From assembly GCA_002269645.1 (NCBI GenBank), contig NIVC01003745.1, positions 1-64,000 on the forward strand: a stretch of DNA of 64,000 nucleotides, in the 5' to 3' direction. The notes under the pieces are model-generated. The model did not search any database. It saw only the letters and a program-made list of their open reading frames with translations, and was not told the DNA's origin. This DNA is from Macrostomum lignano. Its lineage: Eukaryota. Both the position numbers and the translations under genes were made by a program. Positions 24,426-35,799 of this stretch are shown here, in pieces; within the stretch, counting starts at the first letter, position 1; every line of letters starts with the position of its first letter.

Positions 24426-25815
24426 CTATCTCCGACGACGACGATCATTCTCCACGGTTGTTGTCGGAGTGGTTGTTGTTGGAGTGGTTGTTGTTGGAGT
24501 GGTTGTTGTCGGAGTGGTTGTTGTCGGAGTGGTTGTTGTCGGAGTGGTTGTTGTCGGAGTGGTTGTTGTCGGAGTGGTTGTTGTTGGAGTGGTTGTTGTT
24601 GGAGTGGTTGTTGTCGGAGTGGTTGTTGTCGGAGTGGTTGTTGTCGGAGTGGTTGTTGTCGGAGTGGTTGTTGTCGGAGTGGTTGTTGTCGGAGTGGTTG
24701 TTGTCGGAGTGGTTGTTGTCGGAGTGGTTGTTGTCGGAGTGGTTGTTGTTGGAGTGGTTGTTGTCGGAGTGGTTGTTGTCGGAGTGGTTGTTGTCGGAGT
24801 GGTTGTTGTCGGAGTGGTTGTTGTCGGAGTGGTTGTGGTCGGAGTGGTTGTTGTTGGAGTAATTGTTGTCGGAGTGGTTGTTGTCGGAGAAGTTGAGGTT
24901 GGAGTGGTTGTTGTCGGAGTGGTTGTTGTCGGAGTGGTTGTTGTCGGAGTGGTTGTGGTCGGAGTGGTTGTTGTTGGAGTAATTGTTGTCGGAGTGGTTG
25001 TTGTCGGAGAAGTTGAGGTTGGAGTGGTTGTTGTCGGAGTGGTTGTAGTCGGAGTGGTTGTTGTCAGAGTGGTTACTGTCGGAGTGGTTGTAGTCGGAGT
25101 GGTTGAAGTCGGAGTGGTTGTAGTCGCAGTGATTGTAGTCGGAGTGGTTGTCGGAGTGGTTGCTGTCGGAGTGGTTGTAGTCGGAGTGGTTGCTGTCGGA
25201 GTGGTTGTCGGAGTGGTTGTGGTCGGAGTGGTTGTCGGAGTGGTTGTGGTCGGAGTGGTTGTGGTCGGAGTGGTTGTGGTCGGAGTGGTTGTGGTCGGAG
25301 TGGTTGTGGTCGGAGTGGTTGTGGTCGGAGTGGTTGTGGTCGGAGTGGTTGTGTTCGGAGTGGTTGTGGTCGGAGTGGTTGTGGTCAGAGTGGTTTTGGT
25401 CGGAGAAGTAGTTATTTGGGTGGCAATTGTAGTTGGCAGTTTTTTCACGGACGCCCCAGAAGCTGCTGTGGTTCCTTGGTCTCCTGCAGTCCAGTTCGAG
25501 CTCCTGATGTGGCTGACGCAGCCAGGTGCCGCAGACTCCACAAACAGAGCTCCCAGCTGCTCAGCGGTACCGAAGTAGCACGCGGAGTCCCGTTGCAAAG
25601 CTCTGTGCAGCACGGAGCAGCTGATGGCGGAGGCGCACTCAGCAAAGCAGGCCCGAGGGTCTCGAACGCCTTCGAGGCGTCTCAGCTTAGCGAGGCTGGA
25701 GTTGCCAGATGGGCACCGGGCCGCCCGGTGGAACGCAACCTTTGCTGCCGATGGCTGAGCCTCTGGCTACGGACAGCGCGATGAGCAGGAAGATGAGACA
25801 AGCCTTAGAGATCAT
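24426..25815 (-). CDS. Secreted PAN/apple-like domain protein with a long (TTTTP)n mucin tail
   Basis: Signal peptide MISKACLIFLLIALSVARG. After removing one extra A at 25741-25743 the frame reads C-x21-CFAECASAISC...CYF...C (PAN-like), then ~900 nt of 15-bp repeats encoding Thr/Pro. The 3' end may be spliced further. Confidence 0.65.
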
Positions 25816-25869
25816 TCTGCTGCTGGCTTGTCGGGTGAAAATTTCTGTATGCTTCTGCTTTGAGCGCCA

Positions 25870-25877
25870 TTTAAATA
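25870..25877 (-). promoter_or_regulatory. TATA-like box (TATTTAAA) upstream of the mucin gene
   Basis: Motif ~55 nt upstream of the ATG at 25815; supported by position only. Confidence 0.35.
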
Positions 25878-26344
25878 CATGTAGGAGCGCAGATCTGCCC
25901 TGAGCAGCTGTGCATGCCATTTGGGCCGAAAAGGCAGATGGCACGCCAAGGAGGAAACTACCAGGTACAGCTGGTACCCCGGTCTCCGAAAGGATAAAAA
26001 ATTGACGTTACATCCGCTGCAGTTTTTCAAGGAGTCTTCCTTCACCCCTCAGTCGGTCTGAAAGCTCAACATTCTTCTTCGACGCTCAGATCAGGAAGCT
26101 CATGCGTCGCTTTCTGTCCCATTGTTCTCGAGTTTATCCTTGACATCTTGTTGGCGCTCCGCCGGAACACCACCGGAAGGCGGTGAGAGCTGTGCCGGCA
26201 CTTCCGGCCAAAGCATCCTGTTGAAACAATGGCTGCTGACAAAGGCAAATTGCGATGGCAGTCACTGAGGCTGCCAGTCCGGTCCTAAAGATGCATTTAC
26301 GATCTAAATGAAACTGACACAGGTGTGCTGAGATTAATGAAATT

Positions 26345-27143
26345 TATGGCAGCAGAGGGAATGGCACTGGCAGCAGGGGAATGGCACTGGCAGCAGGGGA
26401 ATGGCACTGGCAGCAGGGTAAGTGGCACTGGCAGCAGGGGAATGGCACTGGCAGCAGGGGAGTGGCACTGGCAGCAGGGTAAGTGGCACTGGCAGCAGGG
26501 TAAGTGGCACTGGCAGCAGGGGAATGGCACTGGCAGCAGGGGAATGGCACTGGCAGCAGGGTAAGTGGCACTGGCAGCAGGGGAATGGCACTGGCAGCAG
26601 GGGAATGGCACTGGCAGCAGGGGAATGGCACTGGCAGCAGGGGAGTGGCACTGGCAGCAGTGGAATGGCACTGGCAGCAGGGTAAGTGGCACTGGCAGCA
26701 GAGGAATGGCACTGGCAGCAGGGGAATGGCACTGGCAGCAGGGTAAGTGGCACTGGCAGCAGGGGAATGGCACTGGCAGCAGGGTAAGTGGCACTGGCAG
26801 CAGAGGGAATGGCACTGGCAGCAGGGGAATGGCACTGGCAGCAGGGGAATGGCACTGGCAGCAGGGTAAGTGGCACTGGCAGCAGGGGAATGGCACTGGC
26901 AGCAGGGGAGTGGCACTGGCAGCAGGGTAAGTGGCACTGGCAGCAGGGTAAGTGGCACTGGCAGCAGGGGAATGGCACTGGCAGCAGGGGAATGGCACTG
27001 GCAGCAGGGTAAGTGGCACTGGCAGCAGGGGAATGGCACTGGCAGCAGGGGAATGGCACTGGCAGCAGGGGAATGTCACTGGCAGCAGGGGAATGGCACT
27101 GGCAGCAGGGGAATGGCACTGGCAGCAGGGGAATGGCACTGGC
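26345..27143. repeat. 20-bp minisatellite (GGCACTGGCAGCAGGG[GAAT/TAAGT])
   Basis: Read directly; intergenic. Confidence 0.95.
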
Positions 27144-27470
27144 AACAGAGCGTTCCAAAGCTTGAGTCGATCTCAACTTCTCCAAGTCACTCAGAAATAT
27201 TCTGTCAGTGCGTCAAGACAGACCTGAGTCGGAGCCCAGGTGCGCGGCGGCCAGCTCAGCGCAGAAAATGATGGCTATTAGCGAGGCTCGGTCCCGCTAT
27301 TCGAATCCGCAGCTCGGTGGCTCAAGTAGGCATCAATCGAGCCTGATTGCGGAGCTCGAGGCTGCTTGAGGCTCACTGATTGCGGAGCCCCCGTCCTGAT
27401 CGCATCTTCGCATCGAGGTGAATGAATAAATAGGCGGGCGCGGGCGGCGGCAGGGAGTTGCCGAGCTGTC

Positions 27471-30400
27471 ATGAGCTGCCTGAGTCCGTGGCCGCTGCTG
27501 CTGCTGCTGGCGCTGCTCCTGAGGCCGGGCTTGGCACAGCGCCAGCGGGTGCACCTGCTGTGCGTCACTACGGAAGGCAGCTTCAGCTGGCCCGACATTG
27601 AGTACATGGAGTTCTCTGCCAGCTACATTAACGGCAACCTGAGCCATCTGTTCCCCGGCTTTGAGCTCAACATCACCTATACTACTGCTGATGGGGTGAG
27701 GCTGCGGTGATTGTCGCATGATGCTTGTAGCTCTCATCCCGCAATCGTTGTTCTCAGGCTCCAGCTGCTTCAACTTCATCATGCCTTCGAGTGACAGTCT
27801 GAACAGTCAGGGGCCCAGCACTAGGGGTGCCGAGCCTGCTGTGAGAGGGGTCGGCACACATTTCGTGAAGGAGCGCCACACCTGCTGTGAAGGGGCGCCA
27901 GACCTGCTGTGAAAGGGGCGCCACACCTGCTGTGAAGGGGCGCCACTCCTGCTGTGAAGGGGCGCCACACCTGCTGTGAAGGGGCGCCACACCTGCTGTG
28001 AGAGGGGTCGGCACAGATTTCGTGAAGGAGCGCCACACCTGCTGTGAAGGGGCGCCAGACCTGCTGTGAAAGGGGCGCCACACCTGCTGTGAAGGGGCGC
28101 CACTCCTGCTGTGAAGGGGCGCCACACCTGCTGTGAAGGAGCGCCACACCTGCTGTGAAGGGGCGCCACACCTGCTGTGAGAGGGGTCGGCACAGATTTC
28201 GTGAAGGAGCGCCACACCTGCTGTGAAGGGGCGCCACACCTGCTGTGAAGGGGCGCCACACCTGCTGTGAAGGGGCGCCACACCTGCTGTGAAGGGGCGC
28301 CACACCTGCTGTGAAGGGGCGCCACACCTGCTGTGAAGGGGGCGCCACACCTGCTGTGAAGGGGCGCCACTCCTGCTGTGAAGGGGCGCTACGCCAACCA
28401 AATTATCGAGTATTTCTGTATTTTCCCATCTCCGCAAAGCGAATGCGGTCGTAAATAACTCGCTTACATTCTCCCACCCGCAGTTCGGGACGGGCAGCGC
28501 CGCGAAGGCCTTCATGGACGGCTACCTGCGGCCGCCCAACAAGGCACTGCTGCTTGGGGCCGCGTTCTCGCAGCAGTCACAAATCGTGGCGGACATCGCT
28601 CAGTATTACTACCTGCCGCAGGTGAGGCTCAGTATTAATTTACCTGCCGCAGGTGAGGCTCAGTATTAATTTACCTGCCGCAGGTGAGGCTCAGTATTAA
28701 TTTACCTGCCGCAGGTGAGGCTCAGTATTACTACACTTATAAACAGTATTAATGTGCCTCGAGCCGCTATCACGGAAAAGAATTTGCCTCACATTCTTGT
28801 CTCGCTACTCAAATCTGTGACCCGAATTTCAGATCGGCTACTCGAATGTCTCGCCAACGCTGAGCGACCGGTCAAAGTACCCGTTCTACTTCCGCATGTC
28901 CGTCACATCCAGCCTGTTTGTGGATCCGACCATCGCCCTGCTGAAGCGCTACAACTGGGAGCAGTTCGGCCTGCTCACCTCCGACTCGGACCTGGTGTAC
29001 TCGGTGAGCTGATCCACCAACGGTTGCACAAAGGGGCGTAGGCACCCTGGCTTTGACCTGACCTGGCCCAGTGCCGCCACCTTGTCTAGACTCAGCCACC
29101 TAGACCCAGCCACCTAGACTCAGCCACCTAGACTCAGCCACCTAGACTCAGCCAACTAGACTCAACCACCTGGACCCAACCACCTAGACCCAGCCACCTA
29201 GACCCAGTGCAACCCAGACCCAGTGCAACCCAGACCCAGTGCAACCTAGACCCAGTGCAACCTAGACCCAGTGCAACCTAGACCCAGTGCAACCTAGACC
29301 CAGTGCAACCTAGACCCAGTGCAACCTAGACCCAGTGCAACCTAGACCCAGTGCAACCTAGACCCAGCCACCAGACCCAGCCACCAGACCCAGCCACCAG
29401 ACCCAGCCACCAGACCCAGCCACCAGACCCAGCCACCAGACCCAGCCACCAGACCCAGCCACCAGACCCAGCCACCAGACCCAGCCACCAGACCCAGCCA
29501 CCAGACCCAGCCACCAGACCCAGCCACCAGACCCATGCTTGCCCTGAAGTGTCCAGTGCCCCGCCTGCTCACCGGCAGTCCACCGAGGATTTCGAGGCCG
29601 CGCTGATCAAGAACAACCTGACCTCGTACACGAAGATCATTTTCGGCAGCGACCCACGAATGCGCTCAAAAGCGTGCTGGTGAGTCGAATCTGATGGAGC
29701 TGCTTTGAGCTGTTGAGAAGTTCAGCCTGACGTCCCCTTTCTCCCTGAGCTGCGGTTCCGTGCGACCCTTGCAGATGAACGACCTTCGCATCATGATTGT
29801 CATCCGCATGGCGACTACGGAAGCTGCTGGGAAAAGATTTGAATGCCTGGTGAGCAGCTCGAATACCTCCTGCTCTAGAATGAAAAATGACGCAACACCG
29901 AAATTGTTAAATGCTTTTTGTTTGTCTCCAACTGACCAACAAGTTTGAGAGTCACAATTGTATTATTAAGAAATTCGAGATGCAGTGACGTTTCGAATTC
30001 GAAGTGACTCACAGCGAAAGTTCAGCAGATAACCTGAACAACTTTGAAGTCTTTCTCACTGCCATCTGGACTTGACCTTGAGCTGCTGATGGAATCCAAA
30101 TTCAATTACAGCTGAAGTCAATGGGCCTCTATGGACCGAAGTACTTCCTCATCCAGATGGGGTTTCCGTACACCACCAGAGCATTTCCCGGCTCCTGCCC
30201 GGATGCTGACAGGGCGCAGAGTCTGGAGGGCTCCATCGAATTCGACAGCGCCGTTCTGGACCCGAGCATCATCGAGTCACGGATCGGCATTGCGGAGAAG
30301 GTGGGCAGCGCTTGGCTGAAAACAGAATTGCAGATGCAGGTTCCTTGCGCGCGACATACAGCTCATCATTAGCAGCCTCCCAACCCCTGCAGAACAGCAT

Positions 30401-32660
30401 GCAGCTCATCATCATTAGCAGCCTCCCAATCCCTGCAGAACAGCATGCAGCTCATCATCATTAGCAGCCTCCCAATCCCTGCAGAGCAGCATGCAGCTCA
30501 TCATCATTAGCAGCCTCCCAATCCCTGCAGAACAGCATGCAGCTCATCATCATTAGCTGCCTCCCAATCCCTGCAGAACAGCATGCAGCTCATCATCATT
30601 AGCAGCCTCCCAATCCCTGCAGAACAGCATGCAGCTCATCATCATTAGCAGCCTCCCAATCCCTGCAGAACAGCATGCAGCTCATCATCATTAGCAGCCT
30701 CCCAATCCCTGCAGAACAGCATGCAGCTCATCATCATTAGCAGCCTCCCAATCCCTGCAGAACAGCATGCAGCTGTACCCTGATCTGCTGGCGATGTTTC
30801 CGTCTATCGCCTCCTCGGCGACAACGAAGGGTGTCGGCGGGTTCGACGTCCGGTTCGACTCGCTGATGAGCGCGGCGCTGGCCCTCAACGAGACGCTGCA
30901 GCGCTCTGAATACACGGAGGCCGTGCAGCTGGCGAACTCATCATTCAAGGCCGAGCTGTTCGCCAGTCTCACGCGGCTGGACTTCCTGGGACTGTCAGTG
31001 AGCTGTGTGACAGGTCTACTCGAGTTGCAAGCGGAAGCATGAGTCATAGGGAAACTAATTGCGGAAGCATGAGTCATAGGGAAACTAATTGCGGAAGCAT
31101 GAGTCATAGGGAAACTAATTGCGGAAGCATGAGTCATAGGGAAACTAATTCCGGAAGCATGAGTCATAGGGCCGTATGCAGAAAGCCTAGTCCAGACTAG
31201 CTAGTCCGGACTTGGGTAGTTCAGTCTATAGTCTATGGTCTAGCTACCCTAGCTCTGCTATAGTAGACTGGTCTAACTTTGTGTTTCTGCATACCAAATC
31301 CAAGTCCAGACTAGCTTTTCAAGACCGGACTACCCTAGACAGAGCTTTCTGCATACGGCCCATAGGGAAACTAATTGCGGAAGCATGAGTCATAGGGAAA
31401 CTATTTGCAGTAAACGAAACCAAATTCTCTCCTTCCAGAGCCGGGTGAAGTTCGATGAGCGGGGCGACCGGTCATCAAAGGTGGAGTTCTACCAGCTGAG
31501 AAGTGCGCACTGCTGCTAAAATGAGGCGCTCGTTTCGAAATCGCATCCGCCATAGCATGTCCAGTTTTATTAATTTGCCCACCCTCAGACGTGACCCGAG
31601 ATCTGGTGGCCAAGTACGACCCGATCAGCCGGAGGATCAGCTGGATCAAGGAACTCTGGTTTTCTGGTACGGCCGATTCCCCGAACTCTAACGAGTCTCT
31701 CAGCTCCCCACACTTTCCGACCCCTTCACCCACTTGGAACGAAACAGGCGGGAGTGGCTGTCAATTGTGACCTCAGTTGACCTGCCGGCTCACCTGATTC
31801 ATTTGTTCAGGCGGCTCGCCTCCAGTCGACGAACCACAGGTGGAGATTCTCAGCCTGCTGATTGGAAGGCCGGCCGCCATCTCCATCATCTCAGTCTCCT
31901 CGCTGGGCATGGCTCTGTCTGTGGCGGCGGTCGCTGTGAACTTTCACTACAGGAAGCTGCGCCTCATCAAGATGAGCAGCCCGCTGGTGAACAATGTGAT
32001 TGGCGCTGGCTGCCTCATGTGCTACGCCTCCTGCATTGTGATGGCCGCGAACTCGCAGTGGTCCACTAGCGCCTTGAAGTGCTGGGCGCAGACGGGTCTG
32101 CTGAACTTCGGCTACTCCGCCGCCTTCGGCGCCATGCTGGCGAAGACCTGGCGGGTGCACCGCATCTTCACCAACGTCAAGCTGCGCAAAATGGTTGGTG
32201 GAATGCAACGGGAGAGGCTGATGGGACAGAATTCGGAATAACTGGGTGCAAGATTTGAAGAAGGGAGGGAAGTGGGAGTGAGTGAAGCGAGAGTGAGTAA
32301 AGCAGGAGTGAGTGAAGCGGGAGTGAGTGAGACTGGGAGAGAGTGAAGTGGGAGAGAGTGAAGCGGGAGTGAGTGAGACTGGGAGAGAGTGAAGTGGGAG
32401 AGAGTGAAGCGGGAGAGAGTGAAGTGGGAGAGAGTGAAGCGGGAGAGAGTGAAGCGGGAGAGAGTGAAGCGGGAGCGAGTGAAGCGGGAGAGAGTGAAGC
32501 GGGAGCGAGTGAAGCGGGAGAGAGTGAAGCGGGAGCGAGTGAAGCGGGAGAGAGTGAAGCGGGAGAGAGTGAAGCGGGAGTGAGTGAAGCGGGAGTGAGT
32601 GAAGCGGGAGTGAGTGAAGCGGGAGTGAGTGACGTGGGAGACTGAAGTGAGAGAGACTGA

Positions 32661-32742
<82 letters not shown>

Positions 32743-34125
32743 TGAGTGAAGCGGGAGTGAGTGAAGCGAGACTGGGAGTGAGTGAAGCAGGAGAGTGAAG
32801 CGGGAGCGAGTGGAGTGGGAGTAAGTGAAGCGGGGGCGAGTGAAGCGGGAGTGAGTGAAGCGGGGGCGAGTGGATTGGGAGTGAGTGAAGCGGGAGCGAG
32901 TGGAGTGGGAGTGAGTGAAGCGGGAGTGAGTGAAGCGGGGGTGAGTGAGACTGGGACTGGGACAGACAAGGGCCATCCGCTTCCGCAGGCCATCAAGGAC
33001 TCGCACCTGTTCGCGGTGATTCTGCTGCTGCTGGTCACTGACGCCATCGTCCTGACCGCCTGGGGAATCGCGGACCCGCTCAAGATGCAGAGGGTTTTCC
33101 TGTCGTCAACCGTGAGTGCCAAGAGGTTTTCACTAAAGCCAAGGCTAACAACAGGTTGCTCATAATGAGTTCGAATGAATTTCCCAGGAGGCGGAGGACG
33201 GCACCGTGCGACGCCTGGAAGTTGCGAAGTGCGCATCGGAGCGGCTGAACGTGTGGCTCGGCGTTCTCATCGGCATCAAAGGTACATGCAAGCCATAGAG
33301 ACAGCGCATAGCTCTTGACCTGCAGCCTGGCAAGGGCAGGGGGCGTCGCCATAGATTTATAAGGTGGGAGGACAAAAGCAGAAGTTGGCGTCCACAGCAC
33401 TGCAGGCGCGAGATTGAAATCAGCCTCATAGGCGGAGATTTGGCTCTTGTTAAATGTACTCATAGCATGGTAGCTGAGTGCAGGTAGGTGTCAAGTTTTC
33501 GAATTAAGGCTATTGATACAAAGTTTAGAATTTTTTAGCTTTGGGAAGCTCTGCTGTCTGAATGTATGACCGCTGCATGACCGCTGCATGACAGGCCTAA
33601 TGCTGGTGGTGGCGCTGATCTTCGCCTGGGAGACCCGCGGCGTTCAGCTGGAGGCGCTCAACGACTCCAAGACCATCGGAGTCTGTGTGTACAACACCAC
33701 AGTGATGGGGCTGATCGGCGTGGCGCTGCTCTTCGTGCTGCCAGACTCCGGCCAGAACCTGCGCGTCATCTTGCTGGCGGCCTGCATCATCTTGTGCGCC
33801 ACCACCACCCTGCTGCTGGTATTCGGCAGCAAGGTGAGGCCGCACGGGTGCTCAGTCTGGGACGACTCAACTCACTCTATCAGCTACATGTAACTCATGA
33901 GCTCTCTCCCTATCAGCTAGCTCCTCATGAGCTCTCTCTCTCTCTCTCTCTCTATCAGCTAGCTCCTCATGAGCTCTCTCTCTCTCTATCAGCTAGCTCC
34001 TCATGAGCTCTCTCTCTATCAGCTAGCTCCTCATGAGCTCTCTCCCTATCAGCTAGCTCCTCATGAGCTCTCTCTCTATCAGCTAGCTCCTCATGAGCTC
34101 TCTCTCTATCAGCTAGCTCCTCATG

Positions 34126-34169
<44 letters not shown>

Positions 34170-34183
34170 GCTAGCTCCCCATG

Positions 34184-34219
<36 letters not shown>

Positions 34220-34323
34220 GCTAGCTCCTCATGAGCTCTCTCTCTATCAGCTAGCTCCTCATGAGCTCTCTCTCTATCAGCTAGCTCCTCATGAGCTCTC
34301 TCTCTATCAGCTAGCTCCTCATG

Positions 34324-34419
<96 letters not shown>

Positions 34420-34433
34420 GCTAGCTCCTCATG

Positions 34434-34471
<38 letters not shown>

Positions 34472-35524
34472 GCTAGCTTCTCATGAGCTCTCTCTCTCTC
34501 TCTATCAGCTAGCTTCTCATGAGCTCTCTCTCTCTATCTATCAGCTAGCTCCTCATGAGCTCTCTCTCTCTCTCTATCAGCTAGCTCCTCATGAGCTCTC
34601 TCTCTATCAGCTAGCTTCTCATGAGCTCTCTCTCTATCAGCTAGCTTCTCATGAGCTCTCTCTCTCTCCCTATCAGCTAGCTCCTCATGAGCTCTCTCTC
34701 TATCAGCTAGCTCCTCATGAGCTCTCTCTCTATCAGCTAGCTCCTCATGAGCTCTCTCTCTATCAGCTAGCTCCTCATGAGCTCTCTCTCTCTCTCTATC
34801 AGCTAGCTCCTCATGAGCTCACTCTACCAGCTATACTAGCTCCTCATGAGCTCAATTACCAGCTAGCTCCTCATGAGCTCACTTTACCAGCTAGCTCCTC
34901 ATGAGCTCACTCTACCAGCTATACTAGCTTCTCATGAGCTCACTTTACCAGCTATACTAGCTCCTCATGAGCTCACTTTACCAGCTAGCTCCTCATGAGC
35001 TCACTCTGTACCAGCTAGCTCCTCATGAGCTCACTTTACCAGCTAGCTCCTCATGAGCTCACTTTACCAGCTAGCTCCTCATGAGCTCACTTTACCAGCT
35101 AGCTCCTCATGAGCTCACTTTACCAGCTAGCTCCTCATGAGCTCTCTCCCTACCAGCTAGCTCCTCATGAGCTCACTTTACCAGCTAGCTCCTCATGAGC
35201 TCACTTTACCAGCTAGCTCCTCATGAGCTCACTTTACCAGCTAGCTCCTCATGAGCTCACTCTGTACCAGCTAGCTCCTCATGAGCTCACTCTGCCAGCT
35301 TACTCCGGACTTGTTCTTCAGCACTAGAATTCAATCACGCGGCTGTCAGAATTTCAATTTCAGGAAAATGCTGTGCAATAATCAGTGTACGAGCACTGGC
35401 AGCAGCCTAACCCCGCCATCTTACACCGCAGGTCTACCTGCTGGCGAAGTTCGGGCCGGCAGTTGTTGAGAGAATGGCCGCCGCCCAAGGCTCGGTCGGT
35501 TTGGCCATGGCCAGCAGGCCGTGA
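27471..35524 (+). CDS. GABA-B-receptor-like class C GPCR (signal peptide, Venus flytrap, 7TM, short tail), 14 exons
   Basis: Exons 27471-27695, 28484-28621, 28833-29003, 29579-29679 (1 nt short), 29775-29849, 30112-30300, 30761-30997, 31439-31502, 31589-31666, 31811-32193, 32989-33111, 33188-33281, 33595-33833 and 35432-35524, with consistent phases. Motifs SPTLSDRSKYPFYFR, GLYGPKY, GSPPVD, IKMSSPLVNN, AFGAMLAKTWRVHRIF, AWETR.V...ALNDSKTIG. Confidence 0.9.
27834..28390. repeat. 22-bp minisatellite (CCTGCTGTGAAGGGGCGCCACA) with recurring longer variant blocks
   Basis: Read directly; GPCR intron 1. Confidence 0.95.
28598..28735 (+). repeat. 31-bp repeat spanning the exon 2 end and its splice donor (donor GT at 28622, 28653, 28684, 28715)
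   Basis: Read directly. Confidence 0.95.
29095..29533. repeat. 13-bp and 16-bp repeats (AGACCCAGCCACC / AGACCCAGTGCAACCT)
   Basis: Read directly; GPCR intron 3. Confidence 0.92.
30359..30774 (+). repeat. 46-bp repeat spanning a splice acceptor and the first exon codons (9 copies)
   Basis: Unit GCAGCTCATCATCATTAGCAGCCTCCCAATCCCTGCAG|AACAGCAT. Confidence 0.95.
31033..31402. repeat. 30-bp repeat (GCGGAAGCATGAGTCATAGGGAAACTAATT) interrupted by a MITE
   Basis: Four full units before the MITE; the array resumes after it. Confidence 0.9.
31169..31361. mobile_element. PIF/Harbinger-like MITE (193 bp)
   Basis: Perfect 18-bp TIRs GGGCCGTATGCAGAAAGC and a 3-bp target duplication ATA (31166-31168, 31362-31364). 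Confidence 0.85.
32272..32950. repeat. Purine-rich 15-bp repeat (GAGTGAAGCGGGAGA) with a central (GA)n tract
   Basis: Read directly; GPCR intron 10. Confidence 0.92.
33890..35290. repeat. Minisatellite TATCAGCTAGCTCCTCATGAG carrying variable (CT)n, grading into a CTCACTTTACC variant
   Basis: Read directly; GPCR intron 13. Confidence 0.92.
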
Positions 35525-35549
35525 TGCAAAGCAGCCGTATAAACAATGA

Positions 35550-35555
35550 AATAAA
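35550..35555 (+). terminator. Polyadenylation signal of the GPCR gene
   Basis: AATAAA 26 nt after the stop codon. Confidence 0.6.
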
Positions 35556-35799
35556 ACTATCTGAACTATGCTACTGGAATTTCAACAGCAAGCAGTAGTA
35601 TGACGGACAAAATTAGCTAGTTTTCTGCACCACCTGCCCATAGCTGCATGCACTCTTACGAGCGTAGAATATAGATTTTAAACCCTTGCGTGGGAGCAAT
35701 TCGTTGCGCAAGGCGGATTAAATACACAGGAGAGCTTTCCCTGCTTCTGGCTTGACTCCGGCATACAGAAAAACTGACTGCCTTGCTGTACTCACTGAA

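Noticed and set aside
30359-30774. CRISPR-like appearance of the 23-53-bp arrays
   Set aside because: Units are head-to-tail with no unique spacers, there are no cas genes, and the context is a spliced eukaryotic genome.
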